A DNA stretch of 59,649 bases. Origin: a virus. Taxonomy: Duplodnaviria; Caudoviricetes. Numbering within the stretch: position 1 is the stretch's first letter; each line of letters starts with the position of its first letter. The notes beneath the pieces are model-generated. The model was not told the DNA's origin. It saw only the letters and a list, made by a program, of their open reading frames with translations, and made no database searches. The stretch covers positions 1 to 59,649 of IMG/VR virus record IMGVR_UViG_3300008262_000102. One strand, given 5' to 3'. This document shows, piece by piece, positions 19,750-30,067 of the stretch. The position numbers were made by a program, and so were the translations under genes.

Positions 19750-20828
19750 ATAAAATCTTTGCTATCACTCCTGTCAACGAAGATCCGTTTATTGTAACCT
19801 GGGATCTAGGACGGAGATGCAACTACGATTGCAGTTATTGTCCTGCCCATAGACATGATAATTTCAGTTCACATGCCAGTTTAGAACAATTAAAAGCTAC
19901 GACAAATTTCTTGTTTGATTACATTCTATTGGTTTCGCAGCATAGAAAAAACAAAGATTTTCATGTGAGCTTTACCGGTGGTGAGCCTACAGTTAATCCT
20001 GTATTCATTGATTTTGCAAAATACATTCGCAAAGAGTATGATGACACATACAAGAATGCGTTTAATCTAAAGCTCAGTCTAACCACTAATGGCGCGATGA
20101 GCGAAAAAACAGCACAGGCTGTGATTGAAAATTTTGATTATGTGACAGTTAGCTATCATGCAGAAGCCAAAGACTCAGTCAAGACCAGTGTTATTGATCG
20201 AATTAAATTTTTCAACAGCAGTGAAATTGGGGTCAAGGTAAATGTAATGTTTCATGCAGACTACTTCGATGAATGTAAGACAGTCTGTGAAAGATTATCA
20301 TCATGGGATGTAAAGTTCATCCCTCGACTGATAGGTGATGACCCTGACAGTAAGTCCAGTCAAGCACACTTGTACACTGATGATCACAAACAGTGGCTAA
20401 AACAAAACTGGAATATTGATATTACTCCTACTTCTAGACCATGTTGCGGTGGTAGAGAGTTTGGAGTTTGCAGCACTGCTGGTCAAGAAACAGCAAAAGC
20501 AGTAACTGATAGACAATTTAAGAATTGGCACTGTTCAGTTAATTGGTACTTTTTACACATAGAACAACAAACAGGATTGGTATATCATCACCAGACCTGT
20601 CAAGCCACACTCGACAGCAAACGAGGAAGCATAGGAACATTAACAGAATCAGATACTATTGTTGAAACCCTACGCGACCACTTGATTAATAAAACAATGC
20701 CGGTGATAACGTGTCCTAATAATCTCTGCGGCTGCGGCCTATGTACTCCAAAGAGTTCCGATAGGCAAAAATTAATGTCAGCTATGAAAGATGTAATGAT
20801 CAGCACAGAGATTTTTCACAATGTCTAA
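19746..20828 (+). CDS. radical SAM protein (paralog of 11042)
   Basis: CNYDCSYC, TGGEPT, CPNNLCGCGLCTPK. Confidence 0.9.
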   Translation: MNKIFAITPVNEDPFIVTWDLGRRCNYDCSYCPAHRHDNFSSHASLEQLKATTNFLFDYILLVSQHRKNKDFHVSFTGGEPTVNPVFIDFAKYIRKEYDDTYKNAFNLKLSLTTNGAMSEKTAQAVIENFDYVTVSYHAEAKDSVKTSVIDRIKFFNSSEIGVKVNVMFHADYFDECKTVCERLSSWDVKFIPRLIGDDPDSKSSQAHLYTDDHKQWLKQNWNIDITPTSRPCCGGREFGVCSTAGQETAKAVTDRQFKNWHCSVNWYFLHIEQQTGLVYHHQTCQATLDSKRGSIGTLTESDTIVETLRDHLINKTMPVITCPNNLCGCGLCTPKSSDRQKLMSAMKDVMISTEIFHNV

Positions 20829-21894
20829 TACTGTATGTGCATATCCGTGGGCTGGAGCGGCAGTAAGGCCCGACGGCACTATTCTTCCTTGCTGTAAATT
20901 TATACACAACAAAGAATTTGGCAATATCACAGACCAAGATCCCAGAAATTCCAGCGCATGGTCCGAGCTACGCAAGAGCATGTTAGCAGGAAATAAAATT
21001 GATAACTGTAAAACATGTTATAGAGATGAAGCCAGCGGAGTTGAAAGTCTAAGGCAACAGAGTTTAAAATTTTATCAACCAGTTGACACCAAGGCGCAGC
21101 CTCTCAAACAGTTAGAAGTCAGCTTTGACAATTTATGCAATCTTGCCTGTGTCATGTGTTCTGAAGAATTCAGTACTAAATGGCAGACAGAAAAATACAC
21201 TCACAGAAAAATCATAGCCACCGGTGTTATGGCGCATGGATTTGATTATACTTCTTGGGATTTAACCAAGGTCACGCATCTTAAAATAATAGGCGGCGAG
21301 CCGATGATGAGTCAAGAAAAATTTATCAAACTGCTTAGACAATTTGACTTAAAGAATCTTGAGGTAGCTGTTACTACAAACGGTACAATTTTACCAAATT
21401 TGGATCTTAAAACTCTATTAGAAACTTGTAAGAGTGTATCTTATAAAGTCAGTCTCGATGGAGTAGGAGAAATCAACGATTGGATTAGATGGCCAAGTAA
21501 ATTTTCTGTGATAGAAAATAACATCAACACTCTGGAACAATGGTGGGCAGGCACTAACGTTGATTTACAATTCCACACTGTGATTGGAATATATAATATC
21601 AATCATTTGCAAGACTTAGTGGATTTTGTAGTGAAGAAACCTGACTGGAACATTACCTGGAACTGGGTAACTACTCCTGCATGGCAATCAATATCAGTAG
21701 TAACGGACAAAGAAAATTTAAAAATACAATTACAAGAATTAGGATCAAAGTATGATCTTGATCCTAATCCCTTCTATATCAGTGTTGATAGGCTATGTGA
21801 TGAATCACAGTCCGATTGGCTCACTGCTGTAAAAGAAACCCAAAGACTGATTTCGGAAAGAAACGTAGTTCCTACAAATTTTAATGTAGGTTAA
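20821..21894 (+). CDS. radical SAM protein with twitch-like domain
   Basis: CAYPW...PCC...CKTC; CNLACVMC; GGEP. Confidence 0.9.
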   Translation: MSNTVCAYPWAGAAVRPDGTILPCCKFIHNKEFGNITDQDPRNSSAWSELRKSMLAGNKIDNCKTCYRDEASGVESLRQQSLKFYQPVDTKAQPLKQLEVSFDNLCNLACVMCSEEFSTKWQTEKYTHRKIIATGVMAHGFDYTSWDLTKVTHLKIIGGEPMMSQEKFIKLLRQFDLKNLEVAVTTNGTILPNLDLKTLLETCKSVSYKVSLDGVGEINDWIRWPSKFSVIENNINTLEQWWAGTNVDLQFHTVIGIYNINHLQDLVDFVVKKPDWNITWNWVTTPAWQSISVVTDKENLKIQLQELGSKYDLDPNPFYISVDRLCDESQSDWLTAVKETQRLISERNVVPTNFNVG

Positions 21895-23152
21895 CCCAAG
21901 CACTGCTGTCGTATACCTGCACTTTATTTGTGGCTGCAGGAGTAGTGCCCGATGTCATAAAAATCATCATACCAGCAGTTGGAGTCGGCACTAATGCGGT
22001 ACGAGCCGTGTCGTCGGCTACTACAGGAAGTTTTGGAGGTAACTGAAACTCTGTTGAAGTTGGTTTGAATCGTATGGTATTCGTAGCGTTTACTGTTAAA
22101 TCCATTCTCGCAGGCGGATTACTTCCAGGCGTTACTACACCGTCTACCACAACACTTAGAATAGATGACGGTTGAAATTGTGTACCATCGTATGCAGAAA
22201 AAGTAATACCTCCGACGAAATCTCCGTTTTGAACTATTGTCTGTGAAACAATCGATCCTCTGGATTTCTGAATAAGTATCGATGGGCCAAACGTAGCTGA
22301 GCTAATGAAAGCAGCTACGTTTAGAGTGGGGGTATTTGGAACACTACCGTCATGACTGCTAACAACGTTGACGCCGCTATCGGATATAAAGAGCGGATTA
22401 CCGGTTATTACAGATGCACCAGACAATGCAATGCCAGTAAGAGCCGCTGTTTTGGCGGTGTTATTGATAATAGTTGATGTATCTGTGGCTAACACATTAC
22501 CGGTGACGTTGGCAAACACTGGAGCAACGATTCTTCCATCAACACCGTCTACTAGAAGAGTAGACGAATCTGAAAATACACTGCCAGTGATATCGCCAGT
22601 AAACCGTCCTACAAAAGATTTGTCAATGGCATTAACCATCAAGCTGGAATCATCTGCAAAAATTGATCCGTTTACATCGCCGTCGACGTTTCCAGTAACA
22701 TTGCCAGTTAAGTTTCCAGTAACATTACCAGTTAAGTTTCCAGTAACATTGCCAGTTAAGTTTCCAAAAAATCCGTTAGAGGCATATATTTTTTCGTCAA
22801 TGGTATCTATCATAACCGACGAGTCATCAGCAAAAATAGAACCCTGCAATGCTGACGCATTAATTATGCCGTTATAGTTTGATAAATCTACAGATGCAGA
22901 TAAACTTGCGGTGGCATCGTTGTATGTGAACGTTATTCCTGAATGTACTCCGTTGCTGAACAGAGTGGCTGACGCATCTTGCGCATCTTCATTGGTATAT
23001 CCGGTAATTTGTATACCGCCGAGAGTACTGCCGTTTCCGACATATAATCTCTCAGCTCCTGGTGTCGTAACAAACAACAGCTCGCCTTGTGCAAGCGGCT
23101 GCGTCATTGCTAATCTTTCTGCATCAGTGCCTCTGCGAATCTGTAAGGGCAT
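21881..23152 (-). CDS. tail fibre / virion structural protein
   Basis: N-terminal MPLQIRRGT...GEL fibre-type module, GNLTGNVT and GSIFADDSS repeats; TAAATA late-type motif upstream. Confidence 0.75.
   Translation of the reverse strand: MPLQIRRGTDAERLAMTQPLAQGELLFVTTPGAERLYVGNGSTLGGIQITGYTNEDAQDASATLFSNGVHSGITFTYNDATASLSASVDLSNYNGIINASALQGSIFADDSSVMIDTIDEKIYASNGFFGNLTGNVTGNLTGNVTGNLTGNVTGNVDGDVNGSIFADDSSLMVNAIDKSFVGRFTGDITGSVFSDSSTLLVDGVDGRIVAPVFANVTGNVLATDTSTIINNTAKTAALTGIALSGASVITGNPLFISDSGVNVVSSHDGSVPNTPTLNVAAFISSATFGPSILIQKSRGSIVSQTIVQNGDFVGGITFSAYDGTQFQPSSILSVVVDGVVTPGSNPPARMDLTVNATNTIRFKPTSTEFQLPPKLPVVADDTARTALVPTPTAGMMIFMTSGTTPAATNKVQVYDSSAWVNLH
22688..22765 (-). repeat. 24-bp in-frame tandem repeat (3.25 copies, GNLTGNVT)
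   Basis: gtttccagtaacattRccagttaa repeated. Confidence 0.85.
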
Positions 23153-23253
23153 ATTTAACTCCTGGGTGTCATTGACTTCATAGTATATTTATACCTACTT
23201 ACGCAAACTGCTTTCAAGCAAATTTACAAGTAGGTAGGAAAAGTGCGTATATT

Positions 23254-24723
23254 TTAGTTGGCGTCAGCAAATTTCTGCAATAACGCCTTGTATTCCTGCA
23301 TCATTTCAGATTTTCTTAAATTATATTTGGCCCAATCAATGTCTCGCCACCTTGATTTTTGTATGGTGTCTGCGTCATCTAGCTGATAACTCAGCATCAA
23401 AAACAGATACCACGAATTAACGGTACCGAGATCCAAGGAGATATCGCTGAATCGCTGTGCAGTTTTTTCGGCAAATTTGCGATCCATGATAGAGCTTTTC
23501 CAGTACCCTACTTCGTCACTTAGTTCGTACCCGTATTTTTCATAGTTTTTATCGATATCACTCAAATAAAAATTACTAGGAGTAATAGCCAATGGCATCC
23601 ATATAGAATTGATACCGGAATTTATGAACCAATTAAAGCTCTCTTCGAGCTGTTCTGGAGTTTCGTACGGCAACCCTACTATCAGTGAACAGATGATCGA
23701 AATCTCTTGATTCCACAGGTCATAATACAATCTTGGAAGAAATTCCTTTATTTTGTTCTCAGCTAAACCTTTGCCTATAAACTTAGCTGTGCGGGGATTC
23801 ATGCTTTCAATTCCAAACGCTGCAGACTTCAACCCCATTTCTTTAAGTAGCGTGATTTGCTCTGGATGAGCGTAGAGCAGATCCAGCCTTAGATATGCTA
23901 CAAATTGTATACGAAACGGTAACGTTGTAAAAACTTCATGTAACAGTTCTAGTTTATAGGTAGAATCGTTGAAGGTATCATCACTGAACATGTAGTTAGT
24001 GGTACCAAACATTTCATAATTTCTAATCAATTCTTCTCTAATTAATTCTGGATCTCTGATATAATCGAATTTCTTTTTACCGTTTAACGGATAGGAGCAG
24101 AATTTACAATTAAAAATACATCCTCTACTGATTTCAATTGGCAGTGTTTCTTTAGGTAAAATACAATCGCTGGGTTCCCAGATATGCCTCATAGTCGATA
24201 CCTCGAGTAGCTGATGGTCTCCGTTGATAATTTCTTTATCATGTAATTTTGGATATATCTTCTTTGGACCGTATCTTAACCCGTTGAGATAATCTAATAC
24301 AACTACTTCTCCGTATCCTGTTACTATTACGTCAAATATATCATCCTCTTTGTACCAATTTATGTTTCCGCCACCGCCTATGATTTTAATTTTTTTATTT
24401 TTTGTTTTATAAAAATTTATAACCTTGCGTAATCTATCAGAAATTGTTCTTAACTTTTTATATGTAGAACTGATCATTTCGTCAGTTTGCGATTTCAAAA
24501 AGGTTGTGCTCACACATAACGCTAATGTATTATCTCCAGTAAATTTGTCTAATAACATAGATAGTTGATCAAAGTCAAATTCGTCGACAAAATCAATAAC
24601 CTGAGTTGTATACCCGTGTTGTCTTAAATGACTTCCTATGCGATATGCCCCGATAGCTCGCTGAAATTCATTGCCGGATATACCGGTGAGGATTATGACA
24701 TCAACTGCCATTGTAGATAACAT
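23254..24723 (-). CDS. cobalamin-dependent (class B) radical SAM protein
   Basis: N-terminal B12-binding region, EISRGCIFNCKFC, DDTFND, IVGLPYET. Confidence 0.85.
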   Translation of the reverse strand: MLSTMAVDVIILTGISGNEFQRAIGAYRIGSHLRQHGYTTQVIDFVDEFDFDQLSMLLDKFTGDNTLALCVSTTFLKSQTDEMISSTYKKLRTISDRLRKVINFYKTKNKKIKIIGGGGNINWYKEDDIFDVIVTGYGEVVVLDYLNGLRYGPKKIYPKLHDKEIINGDHQLLEVSTMRHIWEPSDCILPKETLPIEISRGCIFNCKFCSYPLNGKKKFDYIRDPELIREELIRNYEMFGTTNYMFSDDTFNDSTYKLELLHEVFTTLPFRIQFVAYLRLDLLYAHPEQITLLKEMGLKSAAFGIESMNPRTAKFIGKGLAENKIKEFLPRLYYDLWNQEISIICSLIVGLPYETPEQLEESFNWFINSGINSIWMPLAITPSNFYLSDIDKNYEKYGYELSDEVGYWKSSIMDRKFAEKTAQRFSDISLDLGTVNSWYLFLMLSYQLDDADTIQKSRWRDIDWAKYNLRKSEMMQEYKALLQKFADAN

Positions 24724-24729
24724 CGTAAA

Positions 24730-25299
24730 TCATCCTGCTTCACAAATAACCAAATGAATTCGCGGCTCCCAACCGCCATTATATACAAAGTGGTCTCTGG
24801 TTGTATCTACTTTATAAAAGTATCCATCTGCAGGAATATGATAACACTTTGCGGCCAATTGGTCGTCGACTACCTTTTCACCAAACAGTGCATTGGTATT
24901 GGTTTCAATAACCAAATGATATCTTTTTTCAAAATCAGCATGTATGCTAAGACCAGTTTTTGGCATTAATCGCATGAATCTAATTCGGCCAAATTTTGTG
25001 TTCTCGGCAGCTGACAATGCTTCTAAGACTTGTCTTGTATATGTAGGAGTATTGGGATTCCACAGTGAAAAGTCAGATTCTTTTCCTACAAACTCTTTTA
25101 ATTTTTTGTCATACAAACTACCCGAACTGTCTAGCCATATATCTTGTGCATCGGGTCTATGCGTGAGCCCTATTTGATTGCCTGGCATTAGTTTTTCTGG
25201 AGTCATAGCCGGCCAAGGATATATTGACAAGATTGCAGTTAGGTCTTGTTTTACTTTATCAATGTCGCAGCTTGACTCAGTTTTGGTTATAAAATTCAT
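24730..25299 (-). CDS. 2OG-Fe(II) oxygenase (Asp/Asn beta-hydroxylase-like)
   Basis: HAD...H...R.HL double-stranded beta-helix motif. Confidence 0.7.
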   Translation of the reverse strand: MNFITKTESSCDIDKVKQDLTAILSIYPWPAMTPEKLMPGNQIGLTHRPDAQDIWLDSSGSLYDKKLKEFVGKESDFSLWNPNTPTYTRQVLEALSAAENTKFGRIRFMRLMPKTGLSIHADFEKRYHLVIETNTNALFGEKVVDDQLAAKCYHIPADGYFYKVDTTRDHFVYNGGWEPRIHLVICEAG

Positions 25300-25985
25300 T
25301 CTAATCTCTCAAATGCCCAAAGTCGTTCTTCGCACCACCAACACTTACCGCAGTGCCCCTGTAAAAAATTTCTATCTTCGCAACTTCTAGTTAACGGAAA
25401 CAACGAATCTAATAATCCGTGTTCTTGATATAGCGCAGCTATATTTTTTTTAGTTATGTTAAAAAAAGGTTTGTATTCTAAAAATTCATATTCAACGCTG
25501 TTTTCACTTTCTATAAAATATCTAACAGTGTCTTTGACTAAATGAGATCCTCTTTTTAATTCAACATCTTCTAGTATACCCCATTGAAAGTTTTCTTGTA
25601 CTTCTCTTGGAGGATTAGTTGTTATACCAGAAAACAATGCTTGAAACAAATCTTGTCTAATATTTTCTCGATTCATCCTAGCAAACATTGATAGATAGTC
25701 TTCGGCATACCATCCTGTTGCTGGTGCAGGATATACTATATGTTCACTGAATATATTTTCAGCATCTAATAATTCGATAATCTTATTTTTAACAGGTATT
25801 GATTCAAATATATTTGGTCTCTTTTGTACAGTTAACGGTTGTATTTTTACAGGTATATTTTGTGTTTTGATTTCTTTGGCCATCAGATAACACAACAGCG
25901 AACTGTCGGCGCCACCGCTCATCCATATTCCTATGGTTTTAATTTTATTGCCAGCGGGCGTTGTTAATGGTATATCTAACTTCAT
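25296..25985 (-). CDS. QueC-like PP-loop ATPase (paralog of 16086)
   Basis: MSGGADS; TRSC...CGKCWWCEER. Confidence 0.7.
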   Translation of the reverse strand: MKLDIPLTTPAGNKIKTIGIWMSGGADSSLLCYLMAKEIKTQNIPVKIQPLTVQKRPNIFESIPVKNKIIELLDAENIFSEHIVYPAPATGWYAEDYLSMFARMNRENIRQDLFQALFSGITTNPPREVQENFQWGILEDVELKRGSHLVKDTVRYFIESENSVEYEFLEYKPFFNITKKNIAALYQEHGLLDSLFPLTRSCEDRNFLQGHCGKCWWCEERLWAFERLE

Positions 25986-26611
25986 ACTATTCTATACATA
26001 AGCCCTGCGTTCAGTCCTATTACCACTCTGGCTTCATCACTGGGATTCTTTTGTGTTTTGTGGTAGAGCCATCCGGGAAATAATACCAGTTTACCAGGCT
26101 TGGGTTCAACTATGTGATCAAAAAAGAATCTTCCTTGTTTGCTTTCGTCTGAATCATAATACGGCAGTCTACCTCTGATCATTTCGTTGGGATCCACTAA
26201 TACTAAACTGCCACGATCGGGAGAAGCATCTACATAAAACGAACCAGCTATTTCGTAGGGACTGTGATTGTGTTGAATAATGTTTCCGCCCTTGGGTGTT
26301 AGATTTGCCCACATGTGTACGATTTCAGGAGTGACAAATCTGCTGTAGTGCAACTCCTTCCAATAGGTTTCTACATGATGTTGAATCCAGTCTATCAATT
26401 CTTTGTGCTGCAATTTTTTATGTAGATCTCGATACATGCCTTCTTGTGTGCCCTCGAGACTATACGATTGATTAAACAGCCTATGCTTAGAATATAACTC
26501 TAAGTTTTGATTAAACAATGTCATGATGTCCGATAGCAGGACGTCCTTGATTACATCGTAATCTGGAAAATCAACTTCGTAAATTTGTACAGGAAATATA
26601 TTTTTTAACAT
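25982..26611 (-). CDS. putative 2OG-Fe(II) oxygenase (TIGR02466-like)
   Basis: MWAN...HNH...LFPGWLYH...R. Confidence 0.8.
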   Translation of the reverse strand: MLKNIFPVQIYEVDFPDYDVIKDVLLSDIMTLFNQNLELYSKHRLFNQSYSLEGTQEGMYRDLHKKLQHKELIDWIQHHVETYWKELHYSRFVTPEIVHMWANLTPKGGNIIQHNHSPYEIAGSFYVDASPDRGSLVLVDPNEMIRGRLPYYDSDESKQGRFFFDHIVEPKPGKLVLFPGWLYHKTQKNPSDEARVVIGLNAGLMYRIV

Positions 26612-27777
26612 TTGATCAAAGGAATAATAGATTTAGGTTTGGTTGTTTTCAACCAGTCTTCTTGAATAGTGAAATCGAATTCTGTAAATTCTTCCGGACC
26701 ATTCCAATGATGACTCCAATGGTCATGATTGAACGCCTCGTTGATTTTTCTATATCTGTATCGATCAGGAACGGTATCTTTAACCGGCATATTCATATTG
26801 GTATATGCATCTCTAGTAATTACCTGATGTACAAAATTTGTAATAGGACCATCGTAAAAATTGCACCAAGGCCCTGTTCGTAATTCTTCCATGTCTATAT
26901 TAGTAACATCTGGCCATTGTATTAATCGTAATTTTATATTTCCCCATTCCATCATAACATGATAGGGATTATCATCATACGTTCCGTATTGTACTTCGTC
27001 TCCTAACAGAGACTTCACTTTTTTAACAAGATTGCTCAGGTAACTGCGTTGCTTATCCAAGCTGCGTCCAATAAAACTTCCGCATCTTATTCTGTAGTGA
27101 CTAATTTTATCAGTGTTGATTGTCTGTATTTCTTTTAAAATATCTGATACATCTTCTAAACTTTCTATAGTGTATCCCACGTACCCGATCTCGTATCCGA
27201 CATCTAGCATGTTCTGTAAACCAGATAATTGTTTTTGATGTATAGTTTCGCCTTGGTAAGAATGATGATTCAACCCAAGACATAATTGTTTAAGACCTGC
27301 GTCATACGAATGTTGTGTAAATTCTTTATCTGCAAATTTAATGCCATTGGTTAATAGACTGAATTCTTCAAATCCTAAATCGTTGATACGGCTACACATC
27401 TCTATGAAATCTTTTCTAAGAGTGGCTTCAGCACCGGCAAACATAGGCATGCATTCTTTAGGGAAAGATTTTACTTGATCTACTATGAGATCTAGAGATC
27501 GATCTGTAACCTTGTTATCTGGTAAATGATAACAATGAGGGCAACTGAGTTGACATCGATCAGTGACTTCGAATATAACTTGATTGAACGTTGTAAAATC
27601 TTTTTTATGTTCAAGCCCGTAATAGAACTCAGGATCGATTTCTACAACACTGTCTATGACCCCGTGTTCCGGACAATTTTTCTTCATTAGAATTTGATTG
27701 TTATCTTCGTAGACAACAGCAGGTATGTGTCTGTAACAGTGGTCGCAGAGACTGATGGTTTTGTGTATGAGCAGCAT
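26605..27777 (-). CDS. radical SAM protein with N-terminal CxxC...CPEHG domain
   Basis: SLCDHC...KNCPEHG; CQLSCPHC. Confidence 0.85.
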   Translation of the reverse strand: MLLIHKTISLCDHCYRHIPAVVYEDNNQILMKKNCPEHGVIDSVVEIDPEFYYGLEHKKDFTTFNQVIFEVTDRCQLSCPHCYHLPDNKVTDRSLDLIVDQVKSFPKECMPMFAGAEATLRKDFIEMCSRINDLGFEEFSLLTNGIKFADKEFTQHSYDAGLKQLCLGLNHHSYQGETIHQKQLSGLQNMLDVGYEIGYVGYTIESLEDVSDILKEIQTINTDKISHYRIRCGSFIGRSLDKQRSYLSNLVKKVKSLLGDEVQYGTYDDNPYHVMMEWGNIKLRLIQWPDVTNIDMEELRTGPWCNFYDGPITNFVHQVITRDAYTNMNMPVKDTVPDRYRYRKINEAFNHDHWSHHWNGPEEFTEFDFTIQEDWLKTTKPKSIIPLIKC

Positions 27778-27825
27778 TTGTCAGATATTTATTAAAAGGT
27801 CAATGGGCCCTATAAATATTCCATC

Positions 27826-28401
27826 ATGCGCAGCTTTAAAAAAGTAGCTATTACCGGACATACCAGCGGAATAGGTCTTAACCTATTTGAGGTATTCTCT
27901 TCCAATGGTCACGAAGTAACAGGATATAGTCGACGCACTGGGGCAGACATTGAGGATCCAGATGTACGTAAACGCATCATAGATGAAAATGCAGATTGCG
28001 ATATCTTTATCAATAATGCCTATTCCCCAAATGGACAAACCAAGCTGCTCGAAGAATTAATATCACATTGGGACAGTCAACCAAAAAAAATAATAAATGT
28101 CAGCAGTAAATTGAGTTTTTTCGAGCTAGGCAAAGTTAGTGTTCTTGATGACTATATCAAACAGAAATCACAACAGAATGAAATTATACAACAGCGATTC
28201 AGCACAGCATACCCTCAAATAATGAATGTGGTTATCGGGTTGGTTGATACTCCTATGTCTGCGGTATTTCAAAGCCCGAAACTGGATCCGCAAACTCTAT
28301 CGGAATTTATATATAAAATGTCCATGGTCGATGACTTGTACATACAACAAGTCATCGTCGACGTTCCTGGGTTAGATTGGAAGAATATAAAAGGCCCTTA
28401 A
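27826..28401 (+). CDS. short-chain dehydrogenase/reductase
   Basis: TGHTSGIG, FINNA, YxxxK. Confidence 0.85.
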   Translation: MRSFKKVAITGHTSGIGLNLFEVFSSNGHEVTGYSRRTGADIEDPDVRKRIIDENADCDIFINNAYSPNGQTKLLEELISHWDSQPKKIINVSSKLSFFELGKVSVLDDYIKQKSQQNEIIQQRFSTAYPQIMNVVIGLVDTPMSAVFQSPKLDPQTLSEFIYKMSMVDDLYIQQVIVDVPGLDWKNIKGP

Positions 28402-28414
28402 CGCTCACATAAAT

Positions 28415-28945
28415 ATGTACATTATGGAAAATACTATGTGGGAAACGTTAGAAGAATTTGTCGAATGGTACAAAAAGGAAGGATTTCCAATCCGCCCTCC
28501 TTTTGAGGATCCTGTCTATGTCACAGACATCAGTTACAGCTATGTGCTTTTTAGACAAGGGCAGTACCAGGCCGAATTATATTTGGTGCGACCTAACACC
28601 AGCAGTCCTGATCACAATCATCCCGGTGTTGAAAACATTGTTATGATATGGGGTGGTGATATTCACACCAGACAAAACGGAAAACATCTAGATCTTACTA
28701 AAGAATATCAAACAGCATCAGAGACTGGTACTAACAGACTGTTTGGTGTGTGCGGAGAAAAATTAGATGATCGTGGTACTCATGCACTGATTGTTGGCGA
28801 TAAAGGCGGTGCGTTTCTAAGTTTAGAAAAATGGCCAGAAGGTGTAAAACCTAATAGTGTTACAATAAATTGGAGCGGTGATCCGGTAGATCCGGGTCAC
28901 TTAAAGATCATACAACCACTGGAAAAAACATATGAAATGGAATAA
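28415..28945 (+). CDS. cupin-fold protein
   Basis: HNHPGVE...H motif; paralog of the next gene. Confidence 0.65.
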   Translation: MYIMENTMWETLEEFVEWYKKEGFPIRPPFEDPVYVTDISYSYVLFRQGQYQAELYLVRPNTSSPDHNHPGVENIVMIWGGDIHTRQNGKHLDLTKEYQTASETGTNRLFGVCGEKLDDRGTHALIVGDKGGAFLSLEKWPEGVKPNSVTINWSGDPVDPGHLKIIQPLEKTYEME

Positions 28946-29423
28946 CTTAGACGAGTTTACTGCTTGGTATAAAGAAAACGGATATCCAATGAGACCGCCA
29001 ACTAAAGATCCCATCTATGTAACTGACCATACCTATAGTGCCATTGTTTTTCGAGAAGGAAGGTATCAGGCAGAATTATATCTGTTGGCACCAAATTGGG
29101 AAACACCGCAGCACGGACATCCCGGAGTTGATGCTAGAATAATTTTTTTAAACGGTACACTGTCGGGGTCATGTAACGGAGTTAGATTGTTAGATTCTAC
29201 ACCGATATGTGACGTGGCCAAAGAAGACGGGACCAATGTGTATATGGGAGCCGAACATCCGTTCAATGGCACTGATGTGCATTCGGTCTGGGCTGGTCAC
29301 AAGGGTGCTATGGTTATCATTACTCAGCATTGGGCAGAAGAATTAGAAATGACCAGTCAAAGCGTACACTACACCGGAGATGCAATTGGTCCTATACATG
29401 CCGACAGGCTGGGGCAAGTTTAA
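28932..29423 (+). CDS. cupin-fold protein (paralog)
   Basis: HGHPGVD...H; shares FRxGxYQAELYL. Confidence 0.65.
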   Translation: MKWNNLDEFTAWYKENGYPMRPPTKDPIYVTDHTYSAIVFREGRYQAELYLLAPNWETPQHGHPGVDARIIFLNGTLSGSCNGVRLLDSTPICDVAKEDGTNVYMGAEHPFNGTDVHSVWAGHKGAMVIITQHWAEELEMTSQSVHYTGDAIGPIHADRLGQV

Positions 29424-30067
29424 TGGCAGAAGTATTAGAAATATTTCCTACTACAATATACAAAGACTTTTATCCTGAATTTTATAAATTAAAAAACAAT
29501 TTATTTTCTAAACTGGAGAAAGTTTTTCAAGACACCGCAGACAATAACAATGCGTTCATGCGTGACGGAACACTTTGTAGTTACAATACCAATTCATACT
29601 TACACAAAGATTTTCCCGACGACACACAAGATGTAGTAAATTTTGTGGAACAGGCTGCAAAGCAATTTTGGAAAACCTGTAATTATCATGATGAATTAGA
29701 ACCGTATGTGTTTCAGGTCTGGGCTAACAGCACTCCTGAAGGTGGTTGGATTCATAGTCATTTGCACGGAAGCATGCCGTTCACTGCGGTGCTGTATGTC
29801 GATGCATCACCTGAACAAGGAAATTTAATTATAGAAAATCCCATGGATATGGTACTAATGACACAGCCTATCAGTCCAACGGTGAATTACCCCATGGTCA
29901 AAGAAATGCCTGTGCAATCAGGCGATCTAATTATGTTTCCTGGATATCTCAAACATAGTGTACGACCAAACACAATCGATAAGAACAGACTTATCTTAGG
30001 ATTCAATATAGGATGCAAAGGAAAATATTGGAACGGCCAATGGAATCACAGTCATGAAAAAAATTAA
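29423..30067 (+). CDS. putative 2OG-Fe(II) oxygenase (TIGR02466-like)
   Basis: Likely start MAEVLEIFP (TAATG overlap); WAN...HLH...MFPGYLKH...R. Confidence 0.8.
   Translation: MAEVLEIFPTTIYKDFYPEFYKLKNNLFSKLEKVFQDTADNNNAFMRDGTLCSYNTNSYLHKDFPDDTQDVVNFVEQAAKQFWKTCNYHDELEPYVFQVWANSTPEGGWIHSHLHGSMPFTAVLYVDASPEQGNLIIENPMDMVLMTQPISPTVNYPMVKEMPVQSGDLIMFPGYLKHSVRPNTIDKNRLILGFNIGCKGKYWNGQWNHSHEKN

Noticed and set aside
22688-22765. Tandem repeat as a possible CRISPR array
   Set aside because: No spacers; it is an in-frame protein repeat. No CRISPR array or cas gene was seen in the window.
22368-22877. 169-aa plus-strand repetitive ORF
   Set aside because: Open frame caused by the antisense of the GNLTGNVT repeats
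23192-23236. Imperfect intergenic hairpin TACCTACTT...AAGTAGGTA
   Set aside because: Real inverted repeat, but it has no U tract or recognisable motif, so no function can be supported
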